64,000 bases of DNA. Origin: Sphingomonadaceae bacterium. GTDB taxonomy: Bacteria; Pseudomonadota; Alphaproteobacteria; Sphingomonadales; Sphingomonadaceae. This document shows positions 18,952 to 30,982 of this stretch, in pieces. A program made the translations under genes and the position numbers. A model generated the notes under the pieces. That model saw nothing but the letters and a program-made list of their open reading frames with translations. It did no database searches and was not told the origin of the DNA. The stretch's first letter is position 1, and every line of letters starts with the position of its first letter. Where the stretch lies: positions 472,684 to 536,683 of the forward strand of contig JAPZTW010000008.1 of NCBI GenBank assembly GCA_027533105.1, written 5' to 3'.

Positions 18952-19770
18952 ATGGATTTTTCGAAACTGTTCAGCCTTGAAGGCAAGGTTGCCCTGATCA
19001 CCGGTGGCAGCCGCGGGATCGGCAAGATGATCCTCGAAGGCTATCTCGCCGCCGGGTGCGCGCGGGTCTACATCACCGCCCGCAAGCGCGAGCAGATCGC
19101 CGAGACGATTGCCGAGTTCGAGGCGCAGTACCCCGGCAAGGTGATCGGTATCCCCGGCGACCTCAGCCAGATGGAAGACCTCAAGCGCGTGGTGGCCGAT
19201 ATTTCGGCCCGCGAGACGAAGCTCGACATCCTGGTCAACAACGCCGGGGCGGCCTGGGGCGCGGAATTCGACCAGTTCCCCGAAGCCGGCTGGGACAAGG
19301 TGATGGACCTCAACGTCAAGAGCCTGTTCTTCCTGACCCAGCAGCTCCACGGCCTGCTCAAGGCGGCAGGCACCTTCCAGGCTCCGGCCAAGGTGATCAA
19401 CATCGCCTCGATCGACGGGTTGCGGCCGAACCCCTGGGAAACCTATTCCTACCAGGCCTCGAAGGCGGCGGTGATCCACCTGACCAAGCGCCTTGCCGCG
19501 CGCCTGATCAAGGACAACATCGTCTGCACCGGCATCGCGCCGGGGGCCTTCCCCAGCGAGATGAACAAGGCCGCGGCGAAGAACCCCGAAGGCAGCGCCA
19601 AGGGCATCCCCTACAAGCGGGTGGGCGTGGCCGAGGACATGGCAGCCGGCGCGATCTACCTCGCCAGCCGCGCGGGGGACTATGTGGTCGGTACGACTAT
19701 CCCGATCGACGGCGGGATCGTCAACGGCTGGATCCCGGAAGTGTTCAACGATCCGTCGGGCGGCCACTGA
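18952..19770 (+). CDS. SDR oxidoreductase (RhlG/LvaD-like ketoacyl reductase)
   Basis: TGGSRGIG, LVNNAG, YQASK. Confidence 0.92.
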   Translation: MDFSKLFSLEGKVALITGGSRGIGKMILEGYLAAGCARVYITARKREQIAETIAEFEAQYPGKVIGIPGDLSQMEDLKRVVADISARETKLDILVNNAGAAWGAEFDQFPEAGWDKVMDLNVKSLFFLTQQLHGLLKAAGTFQAPAKVINIASIDGLRPNPWETYSYQASKAAVIHLTKRLAARLIKDNIVCTGIAPGAFPSEMNKAAAKNPEGSAKGIPYKRVGVAEDMAAGAIYLASRAGDYVVGTTIPIDGGIVNGWIPEVFNDPSGGH

Positions 19771-19773
19771 GCC

Positions 19774-20658
19774 ATGAGCCGCGCGGTCCGCACACTCGCT
19801 GAAGGGATCTACTTTGGCGAGGGGCCGCGCTGGCATCAGGGCCGGTTGTGGCTGTCAGACTTCTATGCCAGCCGGGTCTGCTCGGTCTCGCTGGCGGGAG
19901 ACCTGCGGACCGAGCTGGAGCTTGAGGGGCGCCCCTCCGGCCTCGGCTGGCTGCCGGATGGTTCGCTGCTGGTGGTGCGGATGGAACTGCGCGAAGTCTG
20001 GCGGCGCTGGCCCGATGGCCGGTTCGAGCGCCATGCCGAGCTGACCGGCCATTCCGCTTTTCTCTGCAACGACATGGTCGTGGACGGCCAGGGCCGGGCC
20101 TATGTGGGCAACTTCGGCTTCGATCTGGATGCCGAACTGCGCACTCGCGGCCCGGAAAGCGTGATCGGCGATCATCCGCAGACCTGTCTGGCGCTGGTCC
20201 AGCCGGACGGCTCGGTCAGCAATGCCGCCCCCGGTGAAAAGTTCAGCTTTCCCAACGGCATGGTCATCACCCCCGACGGCGGCACGCTGATCGTGGGCGA
20301 GACACTGGGTGGTCGACTGACCGCGTTCGACATCGCGGCCGATGGCACTTTGGCTAACCGCCGCGATTGGGCGCCCACCTGGCCGCGCGTGCCGGACGGG
20401 ATCTGCCTTGATGCATCCGGCGCGGTCTGGATCGCCAACCCGCTCGCCCCGGAATGCGCGCTGATCACAGAGGGAGGCGAAGTGCTGGCGGTGATCGATA
20501 CCGGCCTGCCCTGCTTTGCCTGCATGCTCGGCGGGCCGGAGGGCAAACACCTGTTCATGCTCGTCGCGCCGAGTTCGGATGCGCACGAGGCGGCCAAGGC
20601 CCCGCTGGGCAAGGTACTGGTGGCCGAAGTGGAGGTCGGGCGGGCCGGCTTGCCCTAG
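19774..20658 (+). CDS. SMP-30/gluconolactonase family protein
   Basis: FGEGPRW, CNDMVVD, FPNGM, PDGICLD. Confidence 0.92.
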   Translation: MSRAVRTLAEGIYFGEGPRWHQGRLWLSDFYASRVCSVSLAGDLRTELELEGRPSGLGWLPDGSLLVVRMELREVWRRWPDGRFERHAELTGHSAFLCNDMVVDGQGRAYVGNFGFDLDAELRTRGPESVIGDHPQTCLALVQPDGSVSNAAPGEKFSFPNGMVITPDGGTLIVGETLGGRLTAFDIAADGTLANRRDWAPTWPRVPDGICLDASGAVWIANPLAPECALITEGGEVLAVIDTGLPCFACMLGGPEGKHLFMLVAPSSDAHEAAKAPLGKVLVAEVEVGRAGLP

Positions 20659-20668
20659 GATCCTGGCC

Positions 20669-21307
<639 letters not shown>

Positions 21308-21337
21308 GCGCTCCAATCGCGCAAGGCGGGCGGGCGA

Positions 21338-21643
21338 TCAAGTCTCGCCGGTGTCTTTTTGCCCTGTCGCTTGTGTCTTCGCCTGAGCCTGGGCCGCGCC
21401 CTTGCGGGCCTTGCGCCGGTCATAGAGCTTCTTGGCGATCAGGCCCGAGGTGACGACAATCGCGCCGGGGACCGAGCGGGTCGCCACCCGCATCGCCACC
21501 GCGCCGGCGATCCCGGACAGCAGGTTGCGCTTCTGCCCCGCCGGTTCGGGCGTGTCGGGCAGGGCTTTCGCAATCGCCGTGTTGAGCAGTCGCCCGCCGC
21601 CCTGCCGCGCCAGGCGCGCCAGCAGCCGGTCGGGCAGGGTCAT
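21338..21643 (-). CDS. Hypothetical membrane-associated protein (101 aa)
   Basis: ATGA-type overlap with sspB; RVATRSVPGAIVV hydrophobic segment. Confidence 0.65.
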   Translation of the reverse strand: MTLPDRLLARLARQGGGRLLNTAIAKALPDTPEPAGQKRNLLSGIAGAVAMRVATRSVPGAIVVTSGLIAKKLYDRRKARKGAAQAQAKTQATGQKDTGET

Positions 21644-22122
21644 TTCTTGCGCCCGAAATCGACCGTGACGACGTTGGAACCCGGCTCACCCTCGGTGGCG
21701 GGGGTGTCGTTGCCGGCTTCGTCGTGCGGTTCGGGTGCGGCGTCGGGGACCATGGCCTGGAACTGCAGCCCGAAATCGACCGCCGGATCGACAAAGGCGG
21801 TGATCGCCGAAAAGGGCACGTCGAGCTTGGCCGGCAGCTGGTTGAACGACAGGCCGACGGTGAAGCCATCCTCGGTGACGCCAAGATCCCAGAACTTGTT
21901 CTGCAGGACGATGGTCATCTCGTCGGGAAAGCGTTCCTTCAGGTGGGTCGGGATCGACACGCCCGGCGCCCCGGTCTTGAAGGTGATGTAGAAATGATGG
22001 GCGCCCGGCAGCACACCGCCGCCGGCCTCGACCTGGCCCAGCACCCGGCCCACCACCGCGCGCAGGGCCTCCTGCACGATCTCGTCATAGGGGATCAGGC
22101 TATCGGGGGCTTCATCGCTCAT
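21640..22122 (-). CDS. sspB: ClpXP adaptor SspB (alphaproteobacterial type)
   Basis: HHFYITFKT, FPDEMTIVLQNKFWDL, C-terminal VVTVDFGRKK. Confidence 0.9.
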   Translation of the reverse strand: MSDEAPDSLIPYDEIVQEALRAVVGRVLGQVEAGGGVLPGAHHFYITFKTGAPGVSIPTHLKERFPDEMTIVLQNKFWDLGVTEDGFTVGLSFNQLPAKLDVPFSAITAFVDPAVDFGLQFQAMVPDAAPEPHDEAGNDTPATEGEPGSNVVTVDFGRKK

Positions 22123-22204
22123 GGCCTTCAAGTGGCTTTGCCTGACGCCATGGTCAAGGGCAAAGCGCTTGCACAGGGCCATTTCGGGCCTATAGGCCAG
22201 CCCC

Positions 22205-22798
22205 ATGCGCACCGGACGGATCGCCCGCAAGACTCACGAAACCGACATTCTCGTCGAAGTGAACCTCGACGGGACGGGGGCCTATGACGTCTCCACCGGG
22301 ATCGGGTTCCTCGATCACATGATCGAGCAGTTCAGCCGCCATTCGCTGATCGACGTGACATGCCACGTGAAGGGCGACCTGCACGTGGACCAGCACCACA
22401 CCACCGAGGACAGCGCGATCGCGCTCGGCCAGGCGATTGCCCAGGCGCTCGGCGACAAGGCCGGGATCGGCCGTTATGGCACCGCCTACAGCCCGATGGA
22501 CGAGGCGCTGGCCCGCGTCGCGCTCGATATCTCGGGCCGCCCCTGGCTGGTCTGGAACGCAAAGTTCACCCAGGAACGGCTGGGCGAAATGGATACCGAG
22601 CTGTTCGAGCACTGGTTCCAGTCGATCGCCCAGGCGGTGGGGATCACGCTCCATATCGAGCTGCTTTACGGCACCAACAACCACCATATCTGCGAGGGCA
22701 TCTACAAGGGCTTTGCCCGGGCGATGCGCCAGGCGGTGGAACTGGATCCGCGCAAGGGCGGGGCGATCCCGTCAACCAAGGGTCAGCTCGGTGGCTGA
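22205..22798 (+). CDS. hisB: Imidazoleglycerol-phosphate dehydratase
   Basis: [23 protein letters not shown]. Confidence 0.96.
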   Translation: MRTGRIARKTHETDILVEVNLDGTGAYDVSTGIGFLDHMIEQFSRHSLIDVTCHVKGDLHVDQHHTTEDSAIALGQAIAQALGDKAGIGRYGTAYSPMDEALARVALDISGRPWLVWNAKFTQERLGEMDTELFEHWFQSIAQAVGITLHIELLYGTNNHHICEGIYKGFARAMRQAVELDPRKGGAIPSTKGQLGG

Positions 22799-23411
22799 GG
22801 TTCTCGCGCTGATCGATTACGGCGCGGGCAATCTTCACTCGGTGGCAAATGCGCTGAAGGCCGCCGGGGCCGAGGGCGTGCGGGTCACCGCCGACCCGGA
22901 CGTTGTCCGCGCCGCCGATCGCATCGTCCTGCCCGGTGTCGGCAGCTTCAAGGCCTGCGCCGAAGGGCTGCGGGCGATCCCCCACCTGGTCGAGGCAATG
23001 ACCGAGCGGGTGCTGGTCGGCGCCGCGCCGTTCCTTGGCATCTGTGTCGGCATGCAATTGCTCGCCTCGCGCGGGGTGGAGCATGGCGTCACCCCGGGGC
23101 TCGACTGGATCGGCGGCGAGGTGCGGCTGATCGAGCGGACCGATCCGGCGATCAAGGTGCCCCACATGGGCTGGAACGATGTGCTGGTGCGGCCCCACGC
23201 CCCGCTGCTGGAAGCGGGCGAGGCCTATTTCCTCCATTCCTACCACTTCGTCCCCGATGACGGGCACCATGCGCTCGCCATGACCGACCATGGCGGCGGG
23301 CTGGTGGCGGCGGTGGGCCGGGACACGATCCTGGGGGTGCAGTTCCACCCGGAAAAGAGCCAGGCCTATGGGCTGGCGCTGCTCCGGTCCTTCCTGGAGT
23401 GGAAGCCATGA
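22791..23411 (+). CDS. hisH: Imidazole glycerol phosphate synthase subunit HisH
   Basis: GTG start overlapping hisB; [22 protein letters not shown]. Confidence 0.95.
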   Translation: MAEVLALIDYGAGNLHSVANALKAAGAEGVRVTADPDVVRAADRIVLPGVGSFKACAEGLRAIPHLVEAMTERVLVGAAPFLGICVGMQLLASRGVEHGVTPGLDWIGGEVRLIERTDPAIKVPHMGWNDVLVRPHAPLLEAGEAYFLHSYHFVPDDGHHALAMTDHGGGLVAAVGRDTILGVQFHPEKSQAYGLALLRSFLEWKP

Positions 23412-24136
23412 TCGTTTTTCCCGCCATCGACCTCAAGGGCGGGCAGGTGGTCCGCCTGTCCGAAGGGGATATGGACCGCGCGACGGTCTATGGTGACAAT
23501 CCGGCCGCCCAGGCGCAGCTGTTCGCCGCTGCCGGGTCGCAGTTCCTCCACGTGGTCGATCTTGACGGCAGCTTCGCCGGCCGGGCCGAAAACCGCGCGG
23601 CGGTTGAGTCGATCCTCGAAGTGTTCGAAGGCCACGTCCAGCTGGGCGGCGGGATCCGCACGCGCGCGGCGGTGGAAGGCTGGTTCGATCTGGGCGTGTC
23701 GCGGGTCGTGATGGGCTCGGCCGCGCTCAAGGACCCGGAATTCGTCAAGGACATGGCGCGCGAGTTTCCCGGCGGGATCGTCGTCGCGGTCGATGCCCGC
23801 GACGGCATGGTCGCGACCGAGGGCTGGGCCGAGGTGTCCGACGTGCCGGTGGTCGATCTGGCCCGCCGATTCGAGGATGCCGGGGTGGCCAGCCTGCTGT
23901 TCACCGATATCGGCCGCGATGGCTTGCTCAAGGGCGTCAATATCGACGCCACCGTCGAACTCGCCCGCCAGGTCGATCTGCCGGTGATTGCCTCGGGCGG
24001 CGTGAAGGGCCTCGATGACATCCACATCCTCTCGCTCCACGCGGTGGACGGGATCGAAGGGGTGATCACAGGCCGCGCGCTCTACGAAGGTCGGCTCGAT
24101 CTGGCCGCCGCCATTGCCATGGCGAACCGGGCATGA
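23408..24136 (+). CDS. hisA: ProFAR isomerase
   Basis: [31 protein letters not shown]. Confidence 0.96.
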   Translation: MIVFPAIDLKGGQVVRLSEGDMDRATVYGDNPAAQAQLFAAAGSQFLHVVDLDGSFAGRAENRAAVESILEVFEGHVQLGGGIRTRAAVEGWFDLGVSRVVMGSAALKDPEFVKDMAREFPGGIVVAVDARDGMVATEGWAEVSDVPVVDLARRFEDAGVASLLFTDIGRDGLLKGVNIDATVELARQVDLPVIASGGVKGLDDIHILSLHAVDGIEGVITGRALYEGRLDLAAAIAMANRA

Positions 24137-24894
24137 CCGTCCGCGTCCGCGTGATCCCCTGTCTCGACGTGGCCGATGGCCGCGTGGTCAAGGGCGTCAA
24201 TTTCGTCGACCTCAAGGACGCCGGCGATCCGGTCGAACAGGCGCGCGCCTATGACGCGGCCGGGGCGGACGAGCTGTGCTTCCTCGATATCAGCGCCAGC
24301 CACGAAGGGCGCGGCACGCTGCTCGATGTGGTGCGGCGCACCGCGGAAGTCTGCTTCATGCCGCTGACAGTGGGCGGGGGCGTGCGCGCGGTGGAGGATG
24401 CCCGGGCGCTGCTGCTGGCAGGCGCTGACAAGGTGGCGGTCAATTCCGCCGCTGTGAGCCGGCCCGAAGTGGTGGCCGACATTGCCGAACGCTTTGGCAG
24501 CCAATGCGTGGTCGCCTCGGTCGATGCGCGGCGGACCCCGCGCGGCAACTGGGAAATCTTCACCCACGGCGGCCGCAAGGCGACCGGGATCGATGCGGTG
24601 GAACATGCCGTGCGGCTGGCCCGGCTGGGCGCTGGCGAACTGCTGGTCACCTCGATGGACGGGGACGGCACCCAGCGCGGCTATGACCTCGACCTGACCG
24701 CGACCATTGCCGATGCGGTTTCGGTGCCAGTGATCGCCAGCGGCGGGGTCGGCACGCTCGACCACCTGGTTGAAGGGGTGACGAAGGGGCACGCCAGCGC
24801 GGTGCTGGCGGCCTCGATCTTCCACTTCGGCAAGCACACCATTGCCGAGGCTCATGCCGCCCTGCGCGCCGCCGGATTGCCCGCGCGCGGCTGA
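24133..24894 (+). CDS. hisF: Imidazole glycerol phosphate synthase cyclase
   Basis: [34 protein letters not shown]. Confidence 0.96.
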   Translation: MTVRVRVIPCLDVADGRVVKGVNFVDLKDAGDPVEQARAYDAAGADELCFLDISASHEGRGTLLDVVRRTAEVCFMPLTVGGGVRAVEDARALLLAGADKVAVNSAAVSRPEVVADIAERFGSQCVVASVDARRTPRGNWEIFTHGGRKATGIDAVEHAVRLARLGAGELLVTSMDGDGTQRGYDLDLTATIADAVSVPVIASGGVGTLDHLVEGVTKGHASAVLAASIFHFGKHTIAEAHAALRAAGLPARG

Positions 24895-25011
24895 CGCCGG
24901 GAGTCGGCGCGATTTACATCTGTTAGCAAATTCACCTAACCCTTAACCATTATCTAGGCGCGACTCCGCGCCCCGGGCGGTGCTGGCATGGAGATTGCGT
25001 AAACCATTGCG

Positions 25012-25218
25012 ATGACGCATTTCCACTCCCTCCGGCGCGCCTGGCCCCAGCTGCTGCTGGCCCTGCTGCTGCTGGGTGCGGATGCGCCGGCCCTGGCCAG
25101 TTCGGCCGCGGGTTCGGGCACGCCGATCCCCGATCCCGGTGCGGCGACCCTGCTGGCGCTGGGCGTGCTGGGGGTGATTGTCGGTCGCTATGGCGGAAAG
25201 CGGCCTCCGCTGGATTGA
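25012..25218 (+). CDS. Minimal PEP-CTERM-like sorting-signal protein (68 aa)
   Basis: Signal peptide followed almost directly by IPDPGAATLLALGVLGVIVGR and a basic tail. Confidence 0.6.
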   Translation: MTHFHSLRRAWPQLLLALLLLGADAPALASSAAGSGTPIPDPGAATLLALGVLGVIVGRYGGKRPPLD

Positions 25219-25261
25219 ATTGCTTGACGGCTTGGGGCTGTCACCGCATTTCCTGCCGGTC

Positions 25262-25585
25262 ATGACCGCCCCCGATACCCTTGCCCGCCTGGCCGCGACG
25301 ATCGCCGCGCGCCGCCATGCCGATCCGGCCACCAGCTGGGTGGCGAAGCTCCATGCGCGCGGCTTGCCGGTGATCGCCCGCAAGCTGGGGGAAGAAGCAG
25401 TTGAAACCATCACCGCGGCCCTCGCCGGCACCCGTGAGGAGCTGGTTGGCGAAGCGGCCGACACGATCTTTCACCTGCTGGTGCTGCTCGATGCCAAGGG
25501 TGTCTCGCTCGACGAGGTCCTGGCCGAACTCGATCGCCGCGAAGGCACCAGCGGAATTGCCGAAAAAGCCAGCCGGAGCGAATGA
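25262..25585 (+). CDS. hisE: Phosphoribosyl-ATP diphosphatase
   Basis: KLGEEAVE, EAADTIFHLLVLL. Confidence 0.93.
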   Translation: MTAPDTLARLAATIAARRHADPATSWVAKLHARGLPVIARKLGEEAVETITAALAGTREELVGEAADTIFHLLVLLDAKGVSLDEVLAELDRREGTSGIAEKASRSE

Positions 25586-25968
25586 TGCCGATCGACCCGA
25601 CCCTGCCCTATGACAGCCAGAACGTCTTCGCGAAGATCCTGCGCGGGGAAATCCCGAACCGCACGGTCTATGAAGACGAATGGGCGCTGGCCTTCCACGA
25701 TATCAATCCCCAGGCGCCCACCCATGTGCTGGTGATCCCCAAGGGCGCCTATGTCAGCTGGGACGATTTCTCGGCCCGGGCGGCGGCCGAGGAGATCGCC
25801 GGGTTTGTCCGCGCGGTGGGCCATGTCGCCCGCTCGCTCGGGCTGGTCGAGCCGGGCTACCGGCTGCTCGCCAACATCGGCCATAACGGCCACCAGGAAG
25901 TGCCGCACCTGCACGTCCACCTGTTCGGCGGGAAACCGCTCGGCCCGATGCTGGCGCGGTTCGACTGA
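25582..25968 (+). CDS. hinT: HIT family nucleotide-binding protein
   Basis: VFAKILRGEIP, QEVPHLHVH. Confidence 0.92.
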   Translation: MMPIDPTLPYDSQNVFAKILRGEIPNRTVYEDEWALAFHDINPQAPTHVLVIPKGAYVSWDDFSARAAAEEIAGFVRAVGHVARSLGLVEPGYRLLANIGHNGHQEVPHLHVHLFGGKPLGPMLARFD

Positions 25969-26012
25969 TCCAGCGCTTGCCCTGCGACTCGCCCCCCGGC
26001 TAAGGCTGGGGC

Positions 26013-26482
26013 ATGGCATCAAATCCTGCCCCGCCCTCTGGCCTGATCGACGGCACGGTGCACCGCTTCGCCGTGCGCGCCTATTTCGAGGACACCGATC
26101 TGTCGGGCGTGGTCTATCATGCCAATTACCTGCGCTGGTTCGAACGCGCCCGCAGCGATTTCGTGCGGCTGCTGGGGATCGACCAGCGCGCGGTGAACGA
26201 GGCGGGCGAAGGGGCCTTTGCCGTGGCCGACCTTTCGATCCGCTATGCCGCCCCGGCGCGGCTCGACGATGCCGTGTTCATCGAGACGACCTGCGAGGAA
26301 CTGGGCGCGGCTTCGTGCCGGATGCACCAGATCGCCCGCCGCGAGGATGGCCTGCTGCTGGCCGAAGCGCGGCTGCGGGTCGGCTTTGTTGCTCCCGATG
26401 GCCGCCCGCGCCGGATGCCCGCGCCCTGGCGCGCGGCCTTTGCCACCATCATGCCCGCCACCCCATCCACCGAAGGATCCGC

Positions 26483-26486
<4 letters not shown>
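26013..26486 (+). CDS. ybgC: Tol-Pal-associated acyl-CoA thioesterase
   Basis: YFEDTDLSGVVYHANYLRWFERAR; precedes tolQ. Confidence 0.92.
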
Positions 26487-27720
<1,234 letters not shown>

Positions 27721-27724
27721 CGCC

Positions 27725-28597
27725 ATGGACCGGGCATTCATCAGGCGCGATGAAGGCGTGGCGCTGGCCCTTGCGCTGGCGGCCCATGTCGCGCTGGTGG
27801 CTGTCCTGGCGCTGCAACCGGGGCCAAAGCCGCTGCCCGTGCCCGAGCGGATGACCGTGACGCTGAGCGAGGATGTCGGCCTGACCTCGACCTCGCCCGA
27901 TCCCGCCGCTGCCGCCGCGCCCGACCAGGCACCCGAACTGGGCATGGACGCCACTCCGCCGCCGCCCGCGCCGGTTCCCGCGCCGGCACCTGCTCTGTCC
28001 CAGGCCCGACCGGAACCGGAACCGCGCCCGCTGCCCAAGGTGCAGCCCAGCCCGGCACCCAAGGCGCCGCCGGCCAAGGCCCAGCCTGCCAGGACGCCGC
28101 CGACCAAGGCTCCCGCCGCGAAAGCTCCAGCGACCAAGGCCCCGGTTACCAAGGCTCAGCCGCAGACGCCGCCCAAGGGTCCGGCCGGGGGCAGCCGGAT
28201 CGGCCCCGATTTCCTGAAGGGCACACCCGGCGCCACGGCCACCGGCCCTGCCACCGGCCAGCCCGCCGCCGCGATCGGCCCGGCGGTGCGTTCGGCCCTG
28301 GCCAGCGCGATCTCGCGCCAGTTGAAGCCGCGCTGGGTCGCACCGCAGGGGGCCGAGGCCGAACTGCTGGTCACCGTGCTGACCTGGGATCTCAATCCCG
28401 ATGGCACCCTGGCGGGCAATCCGCGCGTGATCCGGCAGGAAGGGATCACCGATGCCAACCGCGCCCAGGCCGCGCGCCACGCCGAACAGGCAATTCGCGC
28501 GGTCCGGCTGGCTGCGCCGTTCCAGCTGCCCGATGAATTCTACCCCGCCTGGAAGCGGGTTTCCTCGTTCCGTTTTGACAGGAAGTTGTCGCAATGA
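27725..28597 (+). CDS. tolA: TolA-like cell envelope protein
   Basis: N-terminal TM with His, Pro/Ala/Lys-rich stalk, TonB-C-like end; lies between tolR and tolB. Confidence 0.85.
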   Translation: MDRAFIRRDEGVALALALAAHVALVAVLALQPGPKPLPVPERMTVTLSEDVGLTSTSPDPAAAAAPDQAPELGMDATPPPPAPVPAPAPALSQARPEPEPRPLPKVQPSPAPKAPPAKAQPARTPPTKAPAAKAPATKAPVTKAQPQTPPKGPAGGSRIGPDFLKGTPGATATGPATGQPAAAIGPAVRSALASAISRQLKPRWVAPQGAEAELLVTVLTWDLNPDGTLAGNPRVIRQEGITDANRAQAARHAEQAIRAVRLAAPFQLPDEFYPAWKRVSSFRFDRKLSQ

Positions 28598-29979
28598 ACC
28601 GTCTTCGCCTGCTCCCCCTCGCCGTGCTGCTGGCGGCGCCCGCAATGGCGCAGCAATCGACTCCGACACCGCAGCCAACCGTCGCGGTACCGGCCGACGC
28701 CCCGGCCGAAGAAGGATTGACCGGCGAAGTCTCGGATGACAGCGACTGGCAGGACCTGGGCATCGCCATCCCGGCCTTTGCCACCAATGCCGACGTGCCG
28801 ACCGCGACCAGCGCCGGCTCGACCGCCGCGCTTGGCACCAGCCTCGCGCAGATCATCACCGCCAACCTCAAGAGCAATGGCTTGTTCAAGCCGGTCGGCC
28901 CCGAAACCCTGCCGCGCCCGGCCTATGAGGAAGTGCGCGCCCCGGCCTATCAGACCTGGTCGGGCCGCAGTGCGGAAATGCTGGTCCAGGGCTTTGTCCG
29001 TCCCGGCGAGGGCAACCAGCTGCTGGTCGGCTGCTATCTCTATGACGTCGCGCTGAAGCAGCAGCTGGCCAGCGCCGCCTGGCAGGTGGCCCCCACCGAC
29101 TGGCGCCGCGCCGCGCACAAGTGTGCCGACCTCGTCTATGCGCGCCTCTCGGGCGAAAACCCGTTCTTTGACAGCCGGATCGCCTATATCGCCGAAACCG
29201 GGCCGAAGGATCGCCGGATGAAGCGGCTGGCGATCATGGATTCGGACGGGGCGAACCACCGCTATCTGACCACCGGGCAGACGATCGCGCTGACCCCGCG
29301 CTATTCGCCCGATTACAAGTCGATCCTCTATCTCAGCTATTTCAACGGCCAGCCGCGGATCTACATCTACGATCTTGAGCGCAACAGCCAGCGGCTGCTG
29401 CTGCAGACCAGCAATCCACTGTTCGCGCCGCGCTGGTCGCCCGATGGCAAGTGGGTGCTCTATTCGATGGCCTCGGGCGGCAATACCGACATCTACAAGA
29501 TGCCGTCGAGCGGCGGCGCGGCGGTGCGGCTGACCGATGCGCCGGGGATCGACATCGGCGGCAGCTTCTCGCCCGACGGCAAGCGGATCGTCTTCGAAAG
29601 CGACCGGTCGGGTAGCCAGCAGGTCTATGTGATGAACATCGATGGCACCGACCAGCGCCGGATCAGCTTCTTCGGCGGCCGCTCGGCCACGCCCGAATGG
29701 AGCCCGCGCGGCGATCAGATCGCTTTCACCCACATTGCCGGCAACCTGCGCATCGCGGTGATGGACCCCAGCGGCAAAGGCATGCGCTATCTGACCGATT
29801 CGTGGCAGGACGAGGCGCCGACCTGGGCCCCCAATGGCCGGATCGTGCAATTCTTCCGCACGGCGCGCGGCAGCGGCAAGGCCTCGCTGTGGCAGGTCGA
29901 CCTGACCGGGCGCAACGAACGCCGCCTGCCAACCCCGGTCGATGGCTCCGACCCCGCCTGGGGACCGCTGCGGCCCTGA
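28594..29979 (+). CDS. tolB: TolB
   Basis: AHKCADLVY, FDSRIAYI, PD40 repeats (PRWSPDG, FSPDG, WAPNG). Confidence 0.95.
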   Translation: MNRLRLLPLAVLLAAPAMAQQSTPTPQPTVAVPADAPAEEGLTGEVSDDSDWQDLGIAIPAFATNADVPTATSAGSTAALGTSLAQIITANLKSNGLFKPVGPETLPRPAYEEVRAPAYQTWSGRSAEMLVQGFVRPGEGNQLLVGCYLYDVALKQQLASAAWQVAPTDWRRAAHKCADLVYARLSGENPFFDSRIAYIAETGPKDRRMKRLAIMDSDGANHRYLTTGQTIALTPRYSPDYKSILYLSYFNGQPRIYIYDLERNSQRLLLQTSNPLFAPRWSPDGKWVLYSMASGGNTDIYKMPSSGGAAVRLTDAPGIDIGGSFSPDGKRIVFESDRSGSQQVYVMNIDGTDQRRISFFGGRSATPEWSPRGDQIAFTHIAGNLRIAVMDPSGKGMRYLTDSWQDEAPTWAPNGRIVQFFRTARGSGKASLWQVDLTGRNERRLPTPVDGSDPAWGPLRP

Positions 29980-30106
29980 GGTGCCCGTTTGGTGACCCTG
30001 GTGTGCCTGCCGAGGGTTGACCGTGTGTACCTTAAAGGCCAGTTCAAGGACCGTTCAGGCGCTGGTGCCGACAGTTTTCCCGTCAGGGATGCAACAGGAG
30101 ACAACG

Positions 30107-30622
30107 ATGACTGACAAGCGCATTTCCGTTGCCGCCGTGCTGGCGGTCAGCCTCGTCCTTGGCGCTTGCGCGGGCAAGGCCCCCAAGACCCTGCCGCCAG
30201 ATCCGGGCGGTGCCGTTTCCACCGCCGCCACTGACGGTGGCAGCACCGGCCCCGTACCCGGCAGCCAGGCCGATTTCGTGGCCCAGATGATGGGTCAGGA
30301 TTCGATCTACTTCGACACCGACCGCTTCAACATCGACAGCGCCGACATGGCCGCGCTGCAGGCCCAGGCCACCTGGCTGGCCCGCTATCCGGCCAAACGC
30401 GCGACGATCGAGGGCCACGCCGACGAACGCGGCACCCGTGAATACAACCTGGCCCTGGGCGAACGCCGCGCCAATGCCGCCAAGAACTACATGGTGAGCC
30501 TGGGCATCGATGCGGCCCGGCTCAACACCATCAGCTATGGCAAGGAACGCCCCGTCGCGCTCGGCTCGGACGAGGCAAGCTGGGCCAAGAACCGCCGCGC
30601 GGTAACCGTTACGATTGACTGA
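30107..30622 (+). CDS. pal: Peptidoglycan-associated lipoprotein
   Basis: LGAC lipobox; IEGHADERGTREYNLALGERRA; KNRRA. Confidence 0.96.
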   Translation: MTDKRISVAAVLAVSLVLGACAGKAPKTLPPDPGGAVSTAATDGGSTGPVPGSQADFVAQMMGQDSIYFDTDRFNIDSADMAALQAQATWLARYPAKRATIEGHADERGTREYNLALGERRANAAKNYMVSLGIDAARLNTISYGKERPVALGSDEASWAKNRRAVTVTID

Positions 30623-30631
30623 GTGATCCGG

Positions 30632-30651
30632 CCCGGGCCACCTGGCCCGGG
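30632..30651. terminator. Hairpin between convergent pal and small ORF
   Basis: CCCGGGCCA-CC-TGGCCCGGG. Confidence 0.55.
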
Positions 30652-30654
30652 TCC

Positions 30655-30831
30655 TTACTGCAGGGCCGGGAGAAGCTGGCCGAGCGAAGGCAGCGGAGCG
30701 ACTTCGGTCTGAGCCGACCAGCGCGGGCCATCGCGCTCGACCCCACCGGTCCGCGCATTACCGCCAAACAGCGCAAAAGTAGCCATGGCCAGCACCGAGG
30801 CGGCGATCGACAGGGCCAGTTGCTTGCTCAT
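30655..30831 (-). CDS. Small single-TM hypothetical protein (58 aa, below the ORF-track cutoff)
   Basis: MSKQLALSIAASVLAMATFALFGGNARTGG...LLPALQ*; GC3-rich codons. Confidence 0.6.
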   Translation of the reverse strand: MSKQLALSIAASVLAMATFALFGGNARTGGVERDGPRWSAQTEVAPLPSLGQLLPALQ

Positions 30832-30982
30832 CGCGGGAAAACTCCGTGCGGAAACAGCACATCGCTACAATGATATGGCGCATGCTGCATTGCAATACGG
30901 TCTTTTGACCGGAGAACCTTAATCGCTGATGTATGGCGCTTTTGCTTGCACGCACCGGTACCCCGGGCCTATCCGCCACCAA

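Noticed and set aside
16403-18952. 849-aa minus-strand ORF and many other long overlapping ORFs (e.g. 1822-3051, 3181-5004, 4865-6478, 5982-8087, 40612-42426)
   Set aside because: These are antisense or shifted-frame shadows of recognisable genes in GC-rich DNA, with no motifs of their own.
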